DNA of 64,000 nucleotides from Vicugna vicugna (GCA_013265495.1 MU057560.1:3534909-3598908), one strand, 5' to 3'; numbered from the stretch's first letter, positions 50,517 through 64,000 are shown. Numbers and translations: made by a program. The notes: a model not told the origin generated them from the letters alone.

Positions 50517-51374
50517 GTAGGTAAATAAAATATGTTGGTTTCCTAAATTACCTTTGCCTCCTTCGTCTTAGGCAGTCGACCAACTGTGAGCAGCACATCC
50601 TCAGACCTCTTTTCTCCTCTTGGCCAATCTCCCCAGTGGGTCTCCTGGGCAGCCCCCCCCCATCACCCCTGAGACTTCCTCCCCTCTCCCCTTCAGTGCA
50701 CACAGACCTAAGTGCCATGTGTCCTTCCCCAATTCCACTTTCCTTGAACTCACAGGTCCTTGTCTTCAATTTCTGAGGACCTTGGAGTTCATCTTACAAA
50801 CTCACTAGCTAATCTCATACATAAAATTTTTTTGTTGTTTTCTCTTTCTAGATAAGATAGTTATATTTTATAGTGGTTTAGGAAGACATTACTCAATAAT
50901 TCCCAGCACAACTGGACATCTGTATTTCCAGGGTCATTAAAGTTCTTAAGCTCCCCCCAGACCTGCTGAATCAGATCCCAGAGCAGTGTGGCCAGGAGGG
51001 CAGATTTTTGACACAGATTTTCTCCTGTGATTCTCCTGCAGTCAGGCTGACCACATAGGACCTGGCCCAGAGCCTTTGGGTACCGCTATCTCTTCTTTAC
51101 TGCTATAGTCATTTCTAAAAGACGTGTCATATGATCCTCTCCTGCAAAGAGACACACATGCAGACCAGCTTGGGCTGATTTCCTTCCTGGTGCATGGCTC
51201 TCACCCTGCATTGAAGAAACCAGCTTAATTTCTGAAGCCAGATTTTCTGAAGTTATTTAACAGAACTTTAAATGTTTAAAAAGTTTTCTAATTTGTTGTT
51301 GTTGTTATAAAAATAATATTAATAATCATAATTGTTTATATTTTGGCCCAGCCACTCCTCCCATCTTAAGAAAA

Positions 51375-51547
51375 CAGTGCTTCCTAGAGCCTTGTGTCCA
51401 AGTGTAGACTGGACACATACAGGTGTCACCTGGGAACTTGTTAGAAATGCGGAACCTCAGGCTTCACTTGGGCCTAAGGAATCAGTTTGCATTTTTCACA
51501 AGGTCTCCAGGGAGTTACATGCATGTACATGTTTGAGAAGCACTGCT
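51375..51547. mobile_element. MER5-like hAT-Charlie MITE
   Basis: CAGTGCTTC...GAAGCACTG terminal inverted repeats and the core TCACCTGGGAACTTGTTAGAAATGC. Confidence 0.75.
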
Positions 51548-53412
51548 TAAGACTTGAGGAAAATCTGACTCTACTGCAGCACTCTTCTGAAGCAGGAGGT
51601 AGAGACATTTGTGGGTGTCATTTCAGGCTAGCCCCGCTGATGGCTGAGCTGTGTTTCCTACCAGAAAAACATCTGGGTATGGGTGATTCTGCATGGATTT
51701 TGTCCAGCAGAATTCTGTCTTGCCTTCTTCTGCCTCCAGTCAAAGGGCACCCAGCTCCCTTTCAATGGGCACAGTGCCAAAAATGAAAATCCATTTACCT
51801 AGCACGGGTACAAGCGTACCCCATGGGGGTGCCCACTGTGCATGTGGGGCCGGGAGGCAGGAGGCCCCACGTCTGCCAGAGGACCAGCCCCACCTTTCCT
51901 GGGCCTTCCTTGGGATGATGCTTTCACTGAAACCAGGGAGCTCTACTATATAACACACGATAAAGTCCACAAAATATTTTAAAACCAAATGCTTAGGGTG
52001 TGAGTTCACCGTCCGCTGGTGTGTGGGGCCCTGAGATGTACGTGAAACTAAGCTTAGAGAAAATTGCAGTCAAGTACATCCCACATTACAAAGGAAAAGC
52101 TGACTGGAAAGTTTCTTAGGGATTATTGGTATTTTAATGTCCCTGAATTTGGGTGGATAAGGCTGTAAAAAAAATTGCCCCTGACATTGGAAATATGTTC
52201 ATTTTAAAACACACTTTTGTTACATCAAGGGCCCCTAGACAGAGGCCCCCAGCGCACAGCACAGAGTGAGCTGGGCGTGTGGAATTGCGGGCGCCCTGTG
52301 GCAGGTCTGTGCAAACGGCCCTCCTGATCTTTGGTGAAGCATGTAGCGGGAGTGCGGTATATTAATTAGGCTCCTGTAAAACAGGGCAGAGGGTCTCAGT
52401 CATGGCCAGGCCCTGCTTCAGCACCTGCAGCCCCGGGGGAATGTGTATGAACTTCTCCATGCTCCCAGACAAGTCATCTCTGAGAGCCATTATTAATTTA
52501 AATTTTGAAATTGTGTACATAATATATTAGAAATTTAGTGTTTTCCTAGGGACACCTATGAAGCCTTTTTTTGTGTATTTGAGTCCAGTGTCTGGTTTGA
52601 CTTCCTTGACAGAATATTTGACTAAAATGATGATAAATTAAACTACCTTAAAAGTGATATTGGGGTCCAAGAATACTTCCCAATGTTTAGGCTTCCTTTG
52701 TTATTTGAAAGATGTGGTATTGTGTGAGCAAATCCACAGAACAGTGAGGCACTGTGTTTAGTGGGTGCAGACATTAGCAACCTTCTTTTTATACAATGAA
52801 CTTCCCCAAAATGTGAATAAACCAATACTTTGAATTTTGTTTTCGGTGTGCTAGTTGTTGTGTGTTACCGGAATACTGTGAGAGATCACTTTAGAAAGTT
52901 AAGAAACTTTTTAAAGTGGCTAAATCACTTAATTTTCCTGGTTTTATATCCAGATTTTCATATTGTTAGAAGGTGGCTTAAGCCACTAGTGGCCTGTTGG
53001 TCACTTTTTAAGTTTCTCCTTGATAGTGTATGGGTTTTAATTTCTTTCAAAATAGTGGAGTTTTTTTAAATTATGAATTATGTTCTAAGTTAGTTGAAAT
53101 CTCCGAATTGTTTGTCTTGCTACTAGGTGTCAGTGAAGTCTCATCCAAGTTCTGGCTTTGGCGGCTGTTGCAGCGCTCCTGCGAGCTGGCCGCGTTTGTT
53201 TAGCGCTGCGGAAGTAACAGCCCGGGAAGCGGCAGGGGGAGGGGCGGCTCCAGGCCGCGCGTCCCGTCCGTGGGCAGCAGGTGTCACTCGCACGCACTCA
53301 CGCTGCTGAGACTCGGGGAACCGGGCCCCACCACGGGAACCGCGGAGCACCGGTCTGTTCAGCTTCCGCCTGTCCAGCGTGCTCACCTGCCTGGCGTCTT
53401 CGTCTTTTGCAG

Positions 53413-53526
53413 CTCACGTGATCGCTAAAGCAAAGGGCCTTGCGATTCTGTCGGTGATAAAAGCTGGGTTTCTTGTGACCGCTAGAGGAGGCAGTGGGAT
53501 TGTGCTGGCGCGTCTTCCCGATGGAA
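53413..53526 (+). CDS. SH3YL1: SH3YL1 exon 3 (SYLF domain)
   Basis: (A)HVIAKAKGLAILSVIKAGFLVTARGGSGIVLARLPDG(K); TTTGCAG|...|GTAAGT, 114 nt. Confidence 0.97.
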
Positions 53527-55633
53527 GTAAGTCGGGGTCTCCTCACCTGGAGGAGCAGGGGCCCTTCACCCTCGTGTTTGTTCTGTCTGCACCGTGCGCA
53601 CACTTCGCAGGGAGTGCGGCGGGCTTTCCAGCGCCGCGATCCGGCACCTCACGGCTGCCCCCGGGGCGCAGCGGGGTGTCCGCCGGCCAGGGAGCCCCGC
53701 CCCCGCCGGCGGAGGGGACTCGGGGTGGAGGTGTCTTCCTCCTTGCGCCGTTTGTCATCCTTCCACGGGGCGGGTGCTAAGCAGTGACAACATTGCGTTT
53801 GTGTTGTTAAATGCAAATTCTCACCCCTCACCTTCATGGTGCGACTGTGTCTTTTGTTTTATGGCAGTTGACAAGGACACAGGGGCCGTCTGTACGCTTT
53901 CCCCCCATTGTTTCTGTGGGAGATCACAGAAACTGAACCATTGTAAAAAATATCCCCAGGGCAGAATCATGTCAAGATCAATATAATTTGGTCTTACTTT
54001 CTGTGGTGAAATCTAATACTTGATGTTTCAGACATCAAAATATGTTTGCCTTTAATCCCAAGAACAAACATTTATAATAATGTTAAAACGTACATAAGTG
54101 GGTCATAACCAACTAAAATGCTTTTTATATGAATTTAACATTTGCTGTTCAGTTATATAGTTGAACACATTTTTCTGTTATAGCAATTTTCGGTGTAGAT
54201 AATTTAATTTTATTTGGAGAGAGCATGGAACACTCATGGGCCATAGATAGATCTGGTACAGGCCCTGGACATGAGTTGGTGGGAGCCACTGTCTCCTGCA
54301 TGGTGTCTCCCGGTAAATGAGTCTCCTCTGATGTTGTGGTTCAGATTTCATAGCTCCATGCTTGGCTATGAAACAAAACCAGCCAAATTCTCTTCTTCTC
54401 AAGCATTGCCCACATTTTCACGGGCAGACTTCCCAGCAGCACAGGCAGAGAAGTGGAGGCGCACTCACACCGAGTCCACTGCCAGCTGGGCTCCAAGTCC
54501 ATGAGAACCCTACCCCTGCAGGTCCACGTGGTGGACAGGTGACCATCTGGAAAAGGGCAGGCTCCTCTCAGAACCTCAGGGGACCTTCCTTCTGGGTTAA
54601 ATATCTGATTTTCTCTCTGCCGTCTTCCCAAGTGGCAGCTGCTCACTCTGCAGAAGGTAATCTAAGAGCCACATAGCGCGGCTCAGCAGATCCCCAGGCC
54701 CTGGCCAGGTAGGCGGTCCTTAAGCAGGGACAGTCCCTAGCGTAGGAAATGGAGAACAACCTTGGGATTAGGATACATTGATTTCTGTGATCCAAACTTC
54801 TCTAGGCCCGGGTAGATCAGTTCTGGACACATTCCAGCACGATGCTGGCATCCAGAACGCACGCGAGCAGCAAAACTAGGCTCAGCAGCTGAGGCGCAGT
54901 TTCACCAAGTGCTTTATCTGGACCATCTCGCCCCCAGTTATCCTTTCCTAGACGTGTTTAACATAACTGTTTCTACATCAGGAAAAATAAGCAACAATAA
55001 TCCTGAGATGTACCATATCACGCAAGTGGAATTATTTTACTTAGTTTCCCAATGTAAGGAAATGTGTCCTGTTAAGAATTTTAATAATCTTGAGTTTATA
55101 ACCTATTTCTTGTGCTCCTACTAGGCACAAAAGATGTCAAAACAGTTTTTGACCTTGGTGATTTACAACAGAAGCAGTTTAGTGTCGTATTCCCCTGAGA
55201 AGTGATTATAATAAACTCTTTTGAATTCTTTTGTTCTCATAACAATGATTAAGTTTTTACTAAAGCCTAGAATTCTAGCTCAGTTATTTTGTAAAACATT
55301 ATAAATATTTATAGTTGAATTTATCAAATGCTATGTATGTTTAATTGTGAGAATTCAATAGTTTGGTATTATGCATGTGTATAGGGAAAGGTTAGAATAC
55401 GTGGATTTATGAATCTTTGAGGCTCATGTGAATATCTAATACCTTTCAAATATTTTTAACTTAAAAAATTATACATGCTTATTAAAGAGCACTTAAAAAC
55501 AGGCAAAAATGCCAAAGTCTCATTATTTTAAAAAGAAACACTATTCATTCACATTTTAGCATTTTTCCTCCCCATATTTATGTGCCAAGGAGTTTTAATG
55601 TTAGACTAACGTTTGTTTGTTTGTTTTTACTAG

Positions 55634-55698
55634 AATGGTCTGCGCCTTCTGCCATTGGCATAGCTGGGCTGGGTGGCGGATTTGAGCTGGGAATAGAG
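55634..55698 (+). CDS. SH3YL1: SH3YL1 exon 4
   Basis: (K)WSAPSAIGIAGLGGGFELGIE; ACTAG|...|GTGAGT, 65 nt. Confidence 0.97.
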
Positions 55699-56859
55699 GT
55701 GAGTGATGATGTGTGCACGTCCCGTTCCGAAACAACTGATTCAGGACAGTGGAGAGGTTTCCGACCGTCCTTGTTTCACTGCCTGTGGAAATTGTTCCCT
55801 TTTGTTTCCTTGAATCTCTGCCTAAAGCTGTGTAATGTGTACCACATTCTCCTTTCGCTCCCTGATAGCAGAGTTTCTTTCATGCATCTCACCATCTCCA
55901 CCTTCAGCATGTCTGTAGAGCAGATACCCTCGGAGCCGACACACCAACTGGCAGGTCATGGCTTCCAAGTGCAGAGCTTACTGGTGTGGCATCACTGGCG
56001 GCAAAGCCACTTAGTTACAGCCATGTTCAAATTGCTTCAAAGTCTACCAGTAAAGATCACCTTCGAAGTGCTTCACTTGATGGCTTTGCTCCTAATGATC
56101 ACGGTTCTAGCGCACGGACTGGAGAGCGTGTTCACAGAGCGTGTTCCTGGAGGTCCCCCCGTAAGATCTGCTGCAGGGTCGCTGTTGCTCATCTGCTGCT
56201 TTGTTGCTAAGTGATCGTAAATCAATCCAATGTTCTCAAAAAACTTTCTTCTCAAATTTCGGTCACCTTCTTCCTAAGCTTTCCTTTAATGAATTTGCCC
56301 TGTGGTCGTAGCTTTACATGTCCTTGGACTTATTAGCTGGAAGTATTTCTGTTACTGTTTTCCATCTTTATTTGAACTTGACTTGCTGCTGCATAAATCT
56401 GTCTTCTAAACAGAGGAACGCATTTTAGTTTTGCAATCATGGCTGCCTTTTTCTTGTATGTTCAGCCAAGTCACAGCCTTCAGAAACATCGCACTCTTGT
56501 GGAAAGCGCATTTTCAGCAGCTGTTGTGTGTCCCTGTTCACAGCCCCTCGCACTGCACACAGATGTATGTCCCTGCCAGTGGTCCTGGGTCACAGCCTCC
56601 GGCTCCATGCACAAGGTTAGGGGCATGCCCTGGGGCTCCGTCTCAAATAGCGTTTGTTTGAAAATGACAAGAGACTAAGTAATAATCACTGCAGTAAGTT
56701 TAATATATCGAAGACTTAAAACGAGTCTTCATTGCTGGTTCTTTGCAAATTGTGGAGTTTTGGGCAGAATGCACATTACTAGCCTGGAAAAACAAGTGCA
56801 GGTAAACTGTAGTTCTATCCTCCAGTAAATGTAATAGAAAGATTTTAAATCAACTTTTT

Positions 56860-57040
56860 TTTAACATTTTTTATTGATTTATAATCATTTTACAATGTTG
56901 TGTCAAATTCCAGTGTTCAGCACAATTTTTCAGTCATTCATGGACATATACACACTCATTGTCACATTTTTTTCTCTGTGATTTATCATAACATTTTGTG
57001 TATGTTTCCCTGTGCTATACAGTGTAATCTTGTTTATCTA
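56860..57040 (-). mobile_element. Young 5'-truncated L1 3' end with intact TSD
   Basis: Antisense L1 tail (TTTTTAACATTTTTTATTGATTTATAATC...CCCTGTGCTATACAGTGTAATCTTGTTTATCTA) flanked by TAAATCAACTTTTT at 56846-56859 and 57041-57054. Confidence 0.85.
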
Positions 57041-58602
57041 TAAATCAACTTTTTATAAGATGGTATTTTTTATTATTTTCCAAAGGCAGTGCAGTGAGAG
57101 CAGAACTCAAGAGTGGGCCGCTGGGCTTGGCTCTGACCCGCACACCTCCCGGCTGTGGTGTCAGCCAGCTTGCCTCTCCCCTCTGCCCTTAGCTTCTTCA
57201 CCTCCAAGGGGAGATGAGGTAGCCTTCCCTCTGGGCTTATTAACTGAATGAGTTTATACATGAAAAACACTCAGAGTGACATAAGCTATTGGAATTTTTA
57301 CCGTTAAGATCTTTATCTTCTCAATGCTTATTTATATTTGCCATATGTGGGAACTTTGAATGCTAACTTACCCTCATAACTCTGGAGTTCCATTTAAACA
57401 CCTTACATAGAAGATGACTTTTTAAAATATCCATTTCAAGTGGAGATTAGAAGACTGTCCTCGGGGCTGGAGACCCTGCTTTGTGCCTCTTGAACATGGC
57501 CTGACTGGCCCCCTGAGACCCACAGACACGTCCTCTAGTGCCATGTGTGCTGTGGTCGGTCCCTTCCAGTGTGTGTGCTGGGACCCCGTGAGCATGCACA
57601 GGGCTCTGCCTGCTGTGTCAGGCTGCGTGGGGAGGCGGGGAGTCTGCAGGCCACGTGGCGGGAGCATCCACCATCGGTGGTCTCGTCCACCTGCTCGGGC
57701 TCCGACAGGTGCGGCAGCCCCAGAGACGCAGGGCAGCAGAGACACGGCATCCTCCTCTAAGGAGGGAAACCGCCTGCAGCAGCCGGCAGATCAGGCTCCT
57801 TGTGGGCCTTCCTCTTCCTCCAGACACTTGCTCCAAACTGGACGGAGGGCTGGACAGCGGCACCAGCCTGCGGGTTTTCTCATCTGGCCCTTACCTAGCC
57901 CGTGTGTCCTCCATCCCTACATCCACAGACCGGCCAGGTAGACACACAGGATAATCTGCCTCTGTATCTGGGAGACGACGTGAATGGCTCCATGACCACG
58001 CAAGGTCGCCATGCACGCAGAAAGCACTGGCATCCCTGGTGCGGACTGTTCAACGTTTGTCAAATAATGTAACTGTCTGCCACCCTGTTTTAGAATGGAA
58101 TAATGAGCAGTAATAGCCAATGTTTCCATAAAACTTGGACGTATATTCTTAGAGCATCAGTTCCACACCACGGCCGTGGAGGGTGGTTCTCTGCACCCTC
58201 GTTCTGTGGATTAGCTGCTGAGTCACAGAGCTGCTCCAGTACCAGGCAGCCAAGGTGACAGGCTGGTCACTCACAGGAGGCCCTGGTCCCACACCCAGCC
58301 AGGGGGTCATTGGCAGCACTGGGTGCTGTTTCCCTTATAGGGCGTCTTGTCTGGGCCTCCCTGCGCAGGTGCCAAGAAGGCTCTGAGAAGCTGAGGTATG
58401 TATTCTTGGTTCTGCAGGTGCTTCATGGAGAGCACACCCCACATCTCCTCACTTCTAGTGCACCGGCTGGTCCTAGCTGTAACTTCCATCTGTGTAACAC
58501 GCTATGGATTTTAGGGCCTGTATGAGGGAGGAAGGCGCAGGCAGTTGTTTTCAGGACACAGACATGAAGTGTCTTGCCAAGGATCACACAGGTGGCGTGT
58601 GG

Positions 58603-58950
58603 TTGTCTCTAACTGGGCTCCCTAGAGACGGAGCCTGAGACAGGGGTCTGGGTGCACATGATTTCCTGAGCAAATGTCCTCAGGAGAAATACTACAAGGG
58701 GTGCAGGACAGAGAAGCTGAAGGGTCCAAACAAGGTCCAAACTTGCCCTGGTGTGATGACAGGAGGAGAAGGCAGGTCCAAAACAGAGGCAAGGGAGTGG
58801 CATCTGGGGACAGCCACTCTCACCACTGTCACACAGAGGCTGGGGAGCCAGCAGTGCCCACAGTGGTGGGGCCAAACCCTCTCCTGTGTCTGGATACCCA
58901 GTGAGCTTCCACCCACCACGCTGCTCCCACAGATGGGCACATCTTCAGGA
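58603..58950 (-). mobile_element. Old ERVL-type (LTR16/LTR33-like) LTR fragment
   Basis: TGTCTCTAACTGGGCTCCCTAGAGACGGAGCCTGAGACAGGG resembles an ERVL LTR terminus; from recall. Confidence 0.4.
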
Positions 58951-61904
58951 CATGTGAGATGTGGGTCTGATCACCAGGACTCTAGATTCAGGCTCTGCTT
59001 TGGAACCTAGAACAGGTTCGGTTCCGAAGGTGTCAAGTTAGGGGCTGTATCCTTTTTTGACAAGATCTGTTGGCCTTCATCAGCTCAGACGTTAGTTAGA
59101 TATAGACTATGGCACTGGTCCAGTTATGAGGACTGCTGAGAATTCCCAAGGTTGTGTAACTCACACACACACCAAAAGCAAAAACGACAACAAACAAAAC
59201 ACGTACAAGTCCACGGAGGAGGGAAAGGTAACCTAAGACTTGGTTTAAACATTGTTAATGTTTTCTTTCAGGGCAGTTATAGCAGAGCCCAAAGCCCTGA
59301 AAGCCCTGATGCCCTGGACTGCCCAGTGGTTCGCTGGACGTCACAAGCCAGAGCCCACATGGGCCGTCAAGTCTGGCCCACCTCACTTTCACCCAAGACT
59401 ATGACTTGAGGAAAGTGACTCGGCTCTTTCCGGAAGAATTCGCGTAAACTCTTTTACCTCAATGATGAGGACGGCATCTAGGCTCACACTGAGGGGCCAC
59501 TGTTAGAGACTAGAGTTCGGTTTCTAAGCCCCTGAGGTTGGTGTGCGGGGTGGAGGGGGGCCCTCAGGGTTGGGCAGAGGTTGCTACTGGGGATGCTGCG
59601 TGCCGGGGTGTGACTGTCAGCACCACACGACGGGGCTTTCTGGGGAGGGGGCTGACTCCGGGCAGAACGGCTTGTGAGGACAGGAAAGAAGACCCTCAGC
59701 TTCCGCGGAGCGCGAGGGGGTGGGGCAGGCCCCACGAGAACCGAAGGCAGGAGGCGCGGGCCTTCTCTCTAGGCGGCCCGGCTGTGGGGCTTGCGGGCTG
59801 TCAGCTCAGCGCAGGGTGACGGCACGGGGCTCAGCGCGAGGGCTTGAAGGGGCCAACACGCTGGAGGGAGACAGGGCAGCGCCGTGCCAGAACAGGGCGT
59901 CAGGAGGAGGCCTGCGGCTCCTGAGAGCACGTCTCCCCAGCTTTTCCTGCAGAGTAGTTGTGTTTTGTAAATTCTTAGCTTAAGAATTGAATTTAATTGT
60001 AAAATTCACGTCTTATTTATTGTTAGTTGTATCGCAATGCAAACTTCTTAAGAAGCCCCCATCAGATTCTCAAATGTCTGTCACATCCTGTCCACCCGCT
60101 CCGCTGCCCCCATCTTCTCCCAGGAAATCGGTTCTGCTTTCTACTCCACGCTGTGGAGACAAGCCTAGAGCCGTCGGCACAGCTGCTCCTCTTCAAACCC
60201 TCCGGGGGCCTTTTGACCTGGTTCTTTGTCTGTAGTTGTGTCACCAAAGAGCACAGGACCATCATACTCTTCCTTCAGGAGAACTGAATTGAGATTGGAC
60301 AGAAGAGCAAAGGATTGATTGTTTGCTTACTTTACTGAGATACACCGAGCAGAGGGGCCATGACAGCCCGAGTGCCTGCAGGGTCACGGGTGGAGATTTA
60401 TACTTCCGAGTGTGGACGTGCCAACCTTTACGCTTTATTCATATATGTTATTTTTAGAAGTATTTAAGATTTGGTTATACAATCATTGGCAAAATTGCTT
60501 AACTTTGCTTAAGAAATGCTAAATAATTCTATATCATTAAGCACCATGATCCTTAAAAATCGTCCATGTATGAAATGAAAATAACAATTAACATGAGTCA
60601 TGGAGAAGTATTTTCATGGGTCAATTAGCTGGAACTGGAGTGTGTTTCTCCATAAAGTGACTCAGATTAAACTGTATCAGGAATCCTCCAAGGACAGTCG
60701 CTTCTTCTGTTAGACGAAAACATCGATTTTAAAACACTTACAAAAATTTAAAGAACAATGTAAATAAACCAATGTGTTTGGCCTCTGCCGACTTAGAGAA
60801 ATGCGCTGAACATGCCAGGCCTTACAATGATTTCAGCTCAGCCTTCAGACATGCTTGTATCTGTGTACATACGTAGACACATGTATACACACGTATACAC
60901 ACGTGTGTATGTGAATATGTATACACTGATACATGTGGTTGCTATTATTATACCCATTTTGCAGAGAAGGAGGCCGAGGCTTTGAGCTGCTCGCTCATTT
61001 GCCCAAGGTCACACTATGTGCGAGAAGCAGAAGTAGTTCAGTGGGGCAGGTCCTGTTATGTGGACTTTAAATATGGAGAAGCCAGAGAGCCAACGTGCCC
61101 CAGAAAGGCTATGTTGAGAAGAGGACCTGGGGTGGAAACTCGGGCCTCTGTCACCCAAGGACCCGGCTGGTGGGTGCCTCTTGCCTGGTGGGTGGTGACT
61201 GCTCCATCCTCACCATGGTTCTGCCATGGCCCCGGGGAGTTTGGAGAACACGCCTTCCCCAGGAGCCCTCCCTCATTCTGGTTTTGCTTTTACTTAAAGA
61301 ATTAAGCCATGGCGATAGTCATAACTAACGGTGACTAATCTTCTCCCTGATATTTGAATGTCTGTGACCTACAACGTGTACATTTTCCCAGTGGTGGACG
61401 CATGGACTTGCACAGATGTTGCCAGGGACATCTGTATGGAACCGTCCTAGGAGCTGTATCCCCACTGGCCTTTGACCTAATGACCGTGCTCCTCATTCTG
61501 TATCCTTCAGTGTCTCTTTCCTGAAGTGTTTACTGTGAGGAGGCGCCTTTGCTCTTTCCCGTGTGGCTGTGCCTGACCTGTTCCAGTTGTGTCTGAGACG
61601 GTCTGCCAACCTCATAAACCGTGGTCACCACGCCATTACAGGCCAGTGAGAAGACAGTGCAGGTGCCCATAAACCCAAGGCCTGTGCGTGGTGGGTGGTG
61701 ACCAGCAGACGCGTTTGTCTAAGTACCTGTGAATGCAGCCCCTTAACCCTCAGTTAACAGCAAAGCGTGACTCCTCTTTCATATCCTTTCTCTGTCTGCA
61801 TTGTCTTGCTACGTTACATAGAGTATGTTTGAGTTTAACTGACATACATTTTATATGATATTTAGACATAATTATATTAAAATAAGTGAGTCTTTATGTT
61901 TCAG

Positions 61905-62017
61905 GTGTCAGACTTGGTGATAATTCTGAACTACGACCGAGCAGTAGAAGCCTTTGCAAAGGGCGGCAACCTGACACTCGGAGGGAATTTTACTGTGGCG
62001 GTTGGGCCCTTGGGACG
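61905..62017 (+). CDS. SH3YL1: SH3YL1 exon 5
   Basis: VSDLVIILNYDRAVEAFAKGGNLTLGGNFTVAVGPLG(R); TTTCAG|...|GTGAGT, 113 nt. Confidence 0.97.
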
Positions 62018-62852
62018 GTGAGTGCATGAAATGCTCTCTGCACAGTGTTGGGCAGTAAAGGCTGTATTTTTTTGCATTAAGAGAAAGCGTGAATTAAAAT
62101 GAAGCAAATTTATAATTTAGTTTGTTTGAGGTAGCTTCCAAATAAGAAATTTACAAAACACAGCCAGTGTGATCAAATGAGAAGATTTGAAACTAGCACA
62201 TGCAAAACAGAAACTAAATATTTCAGAAATGCAAGCTGTTGTATCTATTGGAATTGAACATAAAATTTACCTTCGAGCTTTGAAGGAGCTGAGTCAATTT
62301 TAAACAACTGAGAAAGGGCAGCATTCATCAGGAGAGAAAGCTATTTCTCAAACTAAATTGTGAAAAATTGGAATGGAAGTGTTTTACTCAAGTGATGTTT
62401 ACGATACTTACAGTGCATCTTCCTTCTCTGTTAATGAAGAACTAGTCTTGGGTTAATTGAGCAATTAAATATTTTAAACTGAGACTATTTACAGAAGTTA
62501 CACAGTGAAATCATCTAAAAATGTTCCTAAGTTGCATGCAAACACTAGTTGTAGAGAGTAACACAGCCCATGATTCTTGAGACGCGTCTCCCTGTTTGGG
62601 GAGGGAAGACAAGGCTGGAAAACACCAGCTGCGCACGTGTTCTCTGCAGCGCCACACACCCCTGCACATCTTACGTACCATGTCCTTGCCAGGACTGCTT
62701 TGAACATGCCTAGCTTAGACCAGCAGGAAGCAAAATACATGGAAGCACTGGAGTAAGCACAGAGCAAGGTCTTTCTTTCGGGTCAGAAGCGCGGTCTGGG
62801 CAGCCAGCTTTCAGTGCAAGTGCTCTGTGATGCATGGCCTTCTGTTTTGCAG

Positions 62853-62981
62853 GAATTTAGAAGGAAATGTCTCGCTAAGAAGCTCAGCTGCTGTCTTTAC
62901 TTACTGCAAATCTCGAGGCCTCTTTGCTGGCATATCTTTAGAAGGTAGCTGCTTGATTGAGAGGAAAGAAACTAATCGAAA
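62853..62981 (+). CDS. SH3YL1: SH3YL1 exon 6 (gene continues beyond the window)
   Basis: (R)NLEGNVSLRSSAAVFTYCKSRGLFAGISLEGSCLIERKETNR(K); TTTGCAG|...|GTAAGT, 129 nt. Confidence 0.97.
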
Positions 62982-63085
62982 GTAAGTGCGAGGCAGAGAA
63001 TGCTCATCGATTGGAAGAGTGTGTGGTGAGCAGATGGTACTTGGTGGACTCGTATCATTCTGAAGGGTGCGTGCAGGACCCTGCC

Positions 63086-63870
63086 TAGGCAGACCTCCTT
63101 ATGCTGGCTTCACAGACACGGCCTTGTCTATAGGCAGAAGGACTGGGGCCACCCTGTGCACAGCACATCTGTCGGCAACAGTTTTCCAACCACTTTTGCT
63201 CACTTTGGGTCTCTGTGTCACATTGTGGTAATTCTTGCACTACTTCAACTTTTTCACTATTACATACGCTGTGATGATCTGTGATCAGTGGCCATTGACG
63301 TTACTATTATGGTTGTTTTGGGCTACAGGAACTTCGCCCACAAAAGATGGAGAACTTAAATGCTGTGAATCCTGGCTGCTCGCCTGACCAGCTGTCCTCC
63401 ACCCCCACCCCCCGTGCCCCACTCTCATTCCCTCTCCGGGGGCCTCCCTGTCCCCTGAGACACAACATTGAAATTAATGACCCTATAATGGCCTCTAAGC
63501 CTTCAAGTGAAAGGAAGAGTGTGTCTCTCACTTTAAATCAAAAGCTAGAAAAAACTGAGCTCGGTGAGGACGACACACCGAAAAGCTGAGGCGAGCTGAA
63601 AGCTGGGCCTCTTGCATCAGACTGAGAGCCACGCTGCAAAAGCAAAGGGAACGTTCCTGAAGGAGGTTACATGCGCTGCTCCAGTGAGCGCACAGGTGAT
63701 AAGAAAGAGAAACAGCCTTACTGCTGATGTGGAGAAAGTTTGAGTGGTCTGAATCAAGATCAAATCAACTGTAACGTGCTCTTTAAAAAGCCTGATCCAG
63801 ACCCAGACCCTCACGCTCTTCGATTCTGTGAAGGCTGAGAGGTGAGGAAGCTACAGAAAGAAAATTTGCA
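63086..63870 (+). mobile_element. Tigger1 (Tc1/mariner-pogo) DNA transposon relic with decayed transposase 5' end
   Basis: From ATG 63488: MASKPSSERKSVSLTLNQKLEK..., then IRKRNSLTADVEKV*VV*IKIK-like segments with stops and frameshifts, matching the Tigger1 transposase N-terminus. Confidence 0.85.
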
Positions 63871-64000
63871 GTGTGGATGAAAAATACTGCAAGCTATATC
63901 AGTAAACAAAGAATGCTGAAGCCGTCAAGTCATCAGCTGCTGCCGCCACCCCCCAGGGAAGACAAGCCTGCAGCCCAGCCTGTGCAGCCACTCACAGTGG

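Noticed and set aside
53527..53780. In-frame read-through after SH3YL1 exon 3 (84 codons)
   Set aside because: GC-rich intron start readily explains the open frame; strong GTAAGT donor.
60855..60940. RY-rich tract with palindrome ATACACACGTGTGTAT
   Set aside because: Degenerate (CA/TA/TG) simple repeat in which such palindromes are expected.
63347..63589. Domesticated TIGD-like gene
   Set aside because: Transposase homology is broken by stops and frameshifts within ~35 codons of the ATG; a plain Tigger1 fossil.

Overview
Mammalian genomic DNA, probably an artiodactyl; the young L1 3' end and the absence of recognisable Alu, B1, Bov-tA, PRE-1 or SINEC elements suggest a camelid (inference). 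The window opens with a ~0.5 kb telomere-variant repeat array. It then contains complete ALKAL2/FAM150B (+ strand, 4 coding exons, 152 aa) and complete ACP1 LMW-PTP (- strand, 158 aa, with mutually exclusive exons 3F/3S). It ends with the 5' part of SH3YL1 (+ strand, exons 1-6, running off the window), which shares a bidirectional CpG-island promoter with ACP1. Introns hold an ERV1/MER41-like two-LTR provirus remnant with a 3'-truncated U2 snRNA retrocopy inside it, plus L1/L2/MaLR/MER21/MER5/Tigger1 relics. Exon boundaries were read by hand from GT-AG sites and reading-frame continuity; repeat family names are from recall, not a database search. I found no convincing wholly new system. The most notable points are the telomere-like array on the ALKAL2 side (opposite to human gene order), the intron-split SH3YL1 start codon with a competing donor, the shifted ALKAL2 stop codon, a strong-Kozak minimal uORF, and a locally templated 120-bp insertion.
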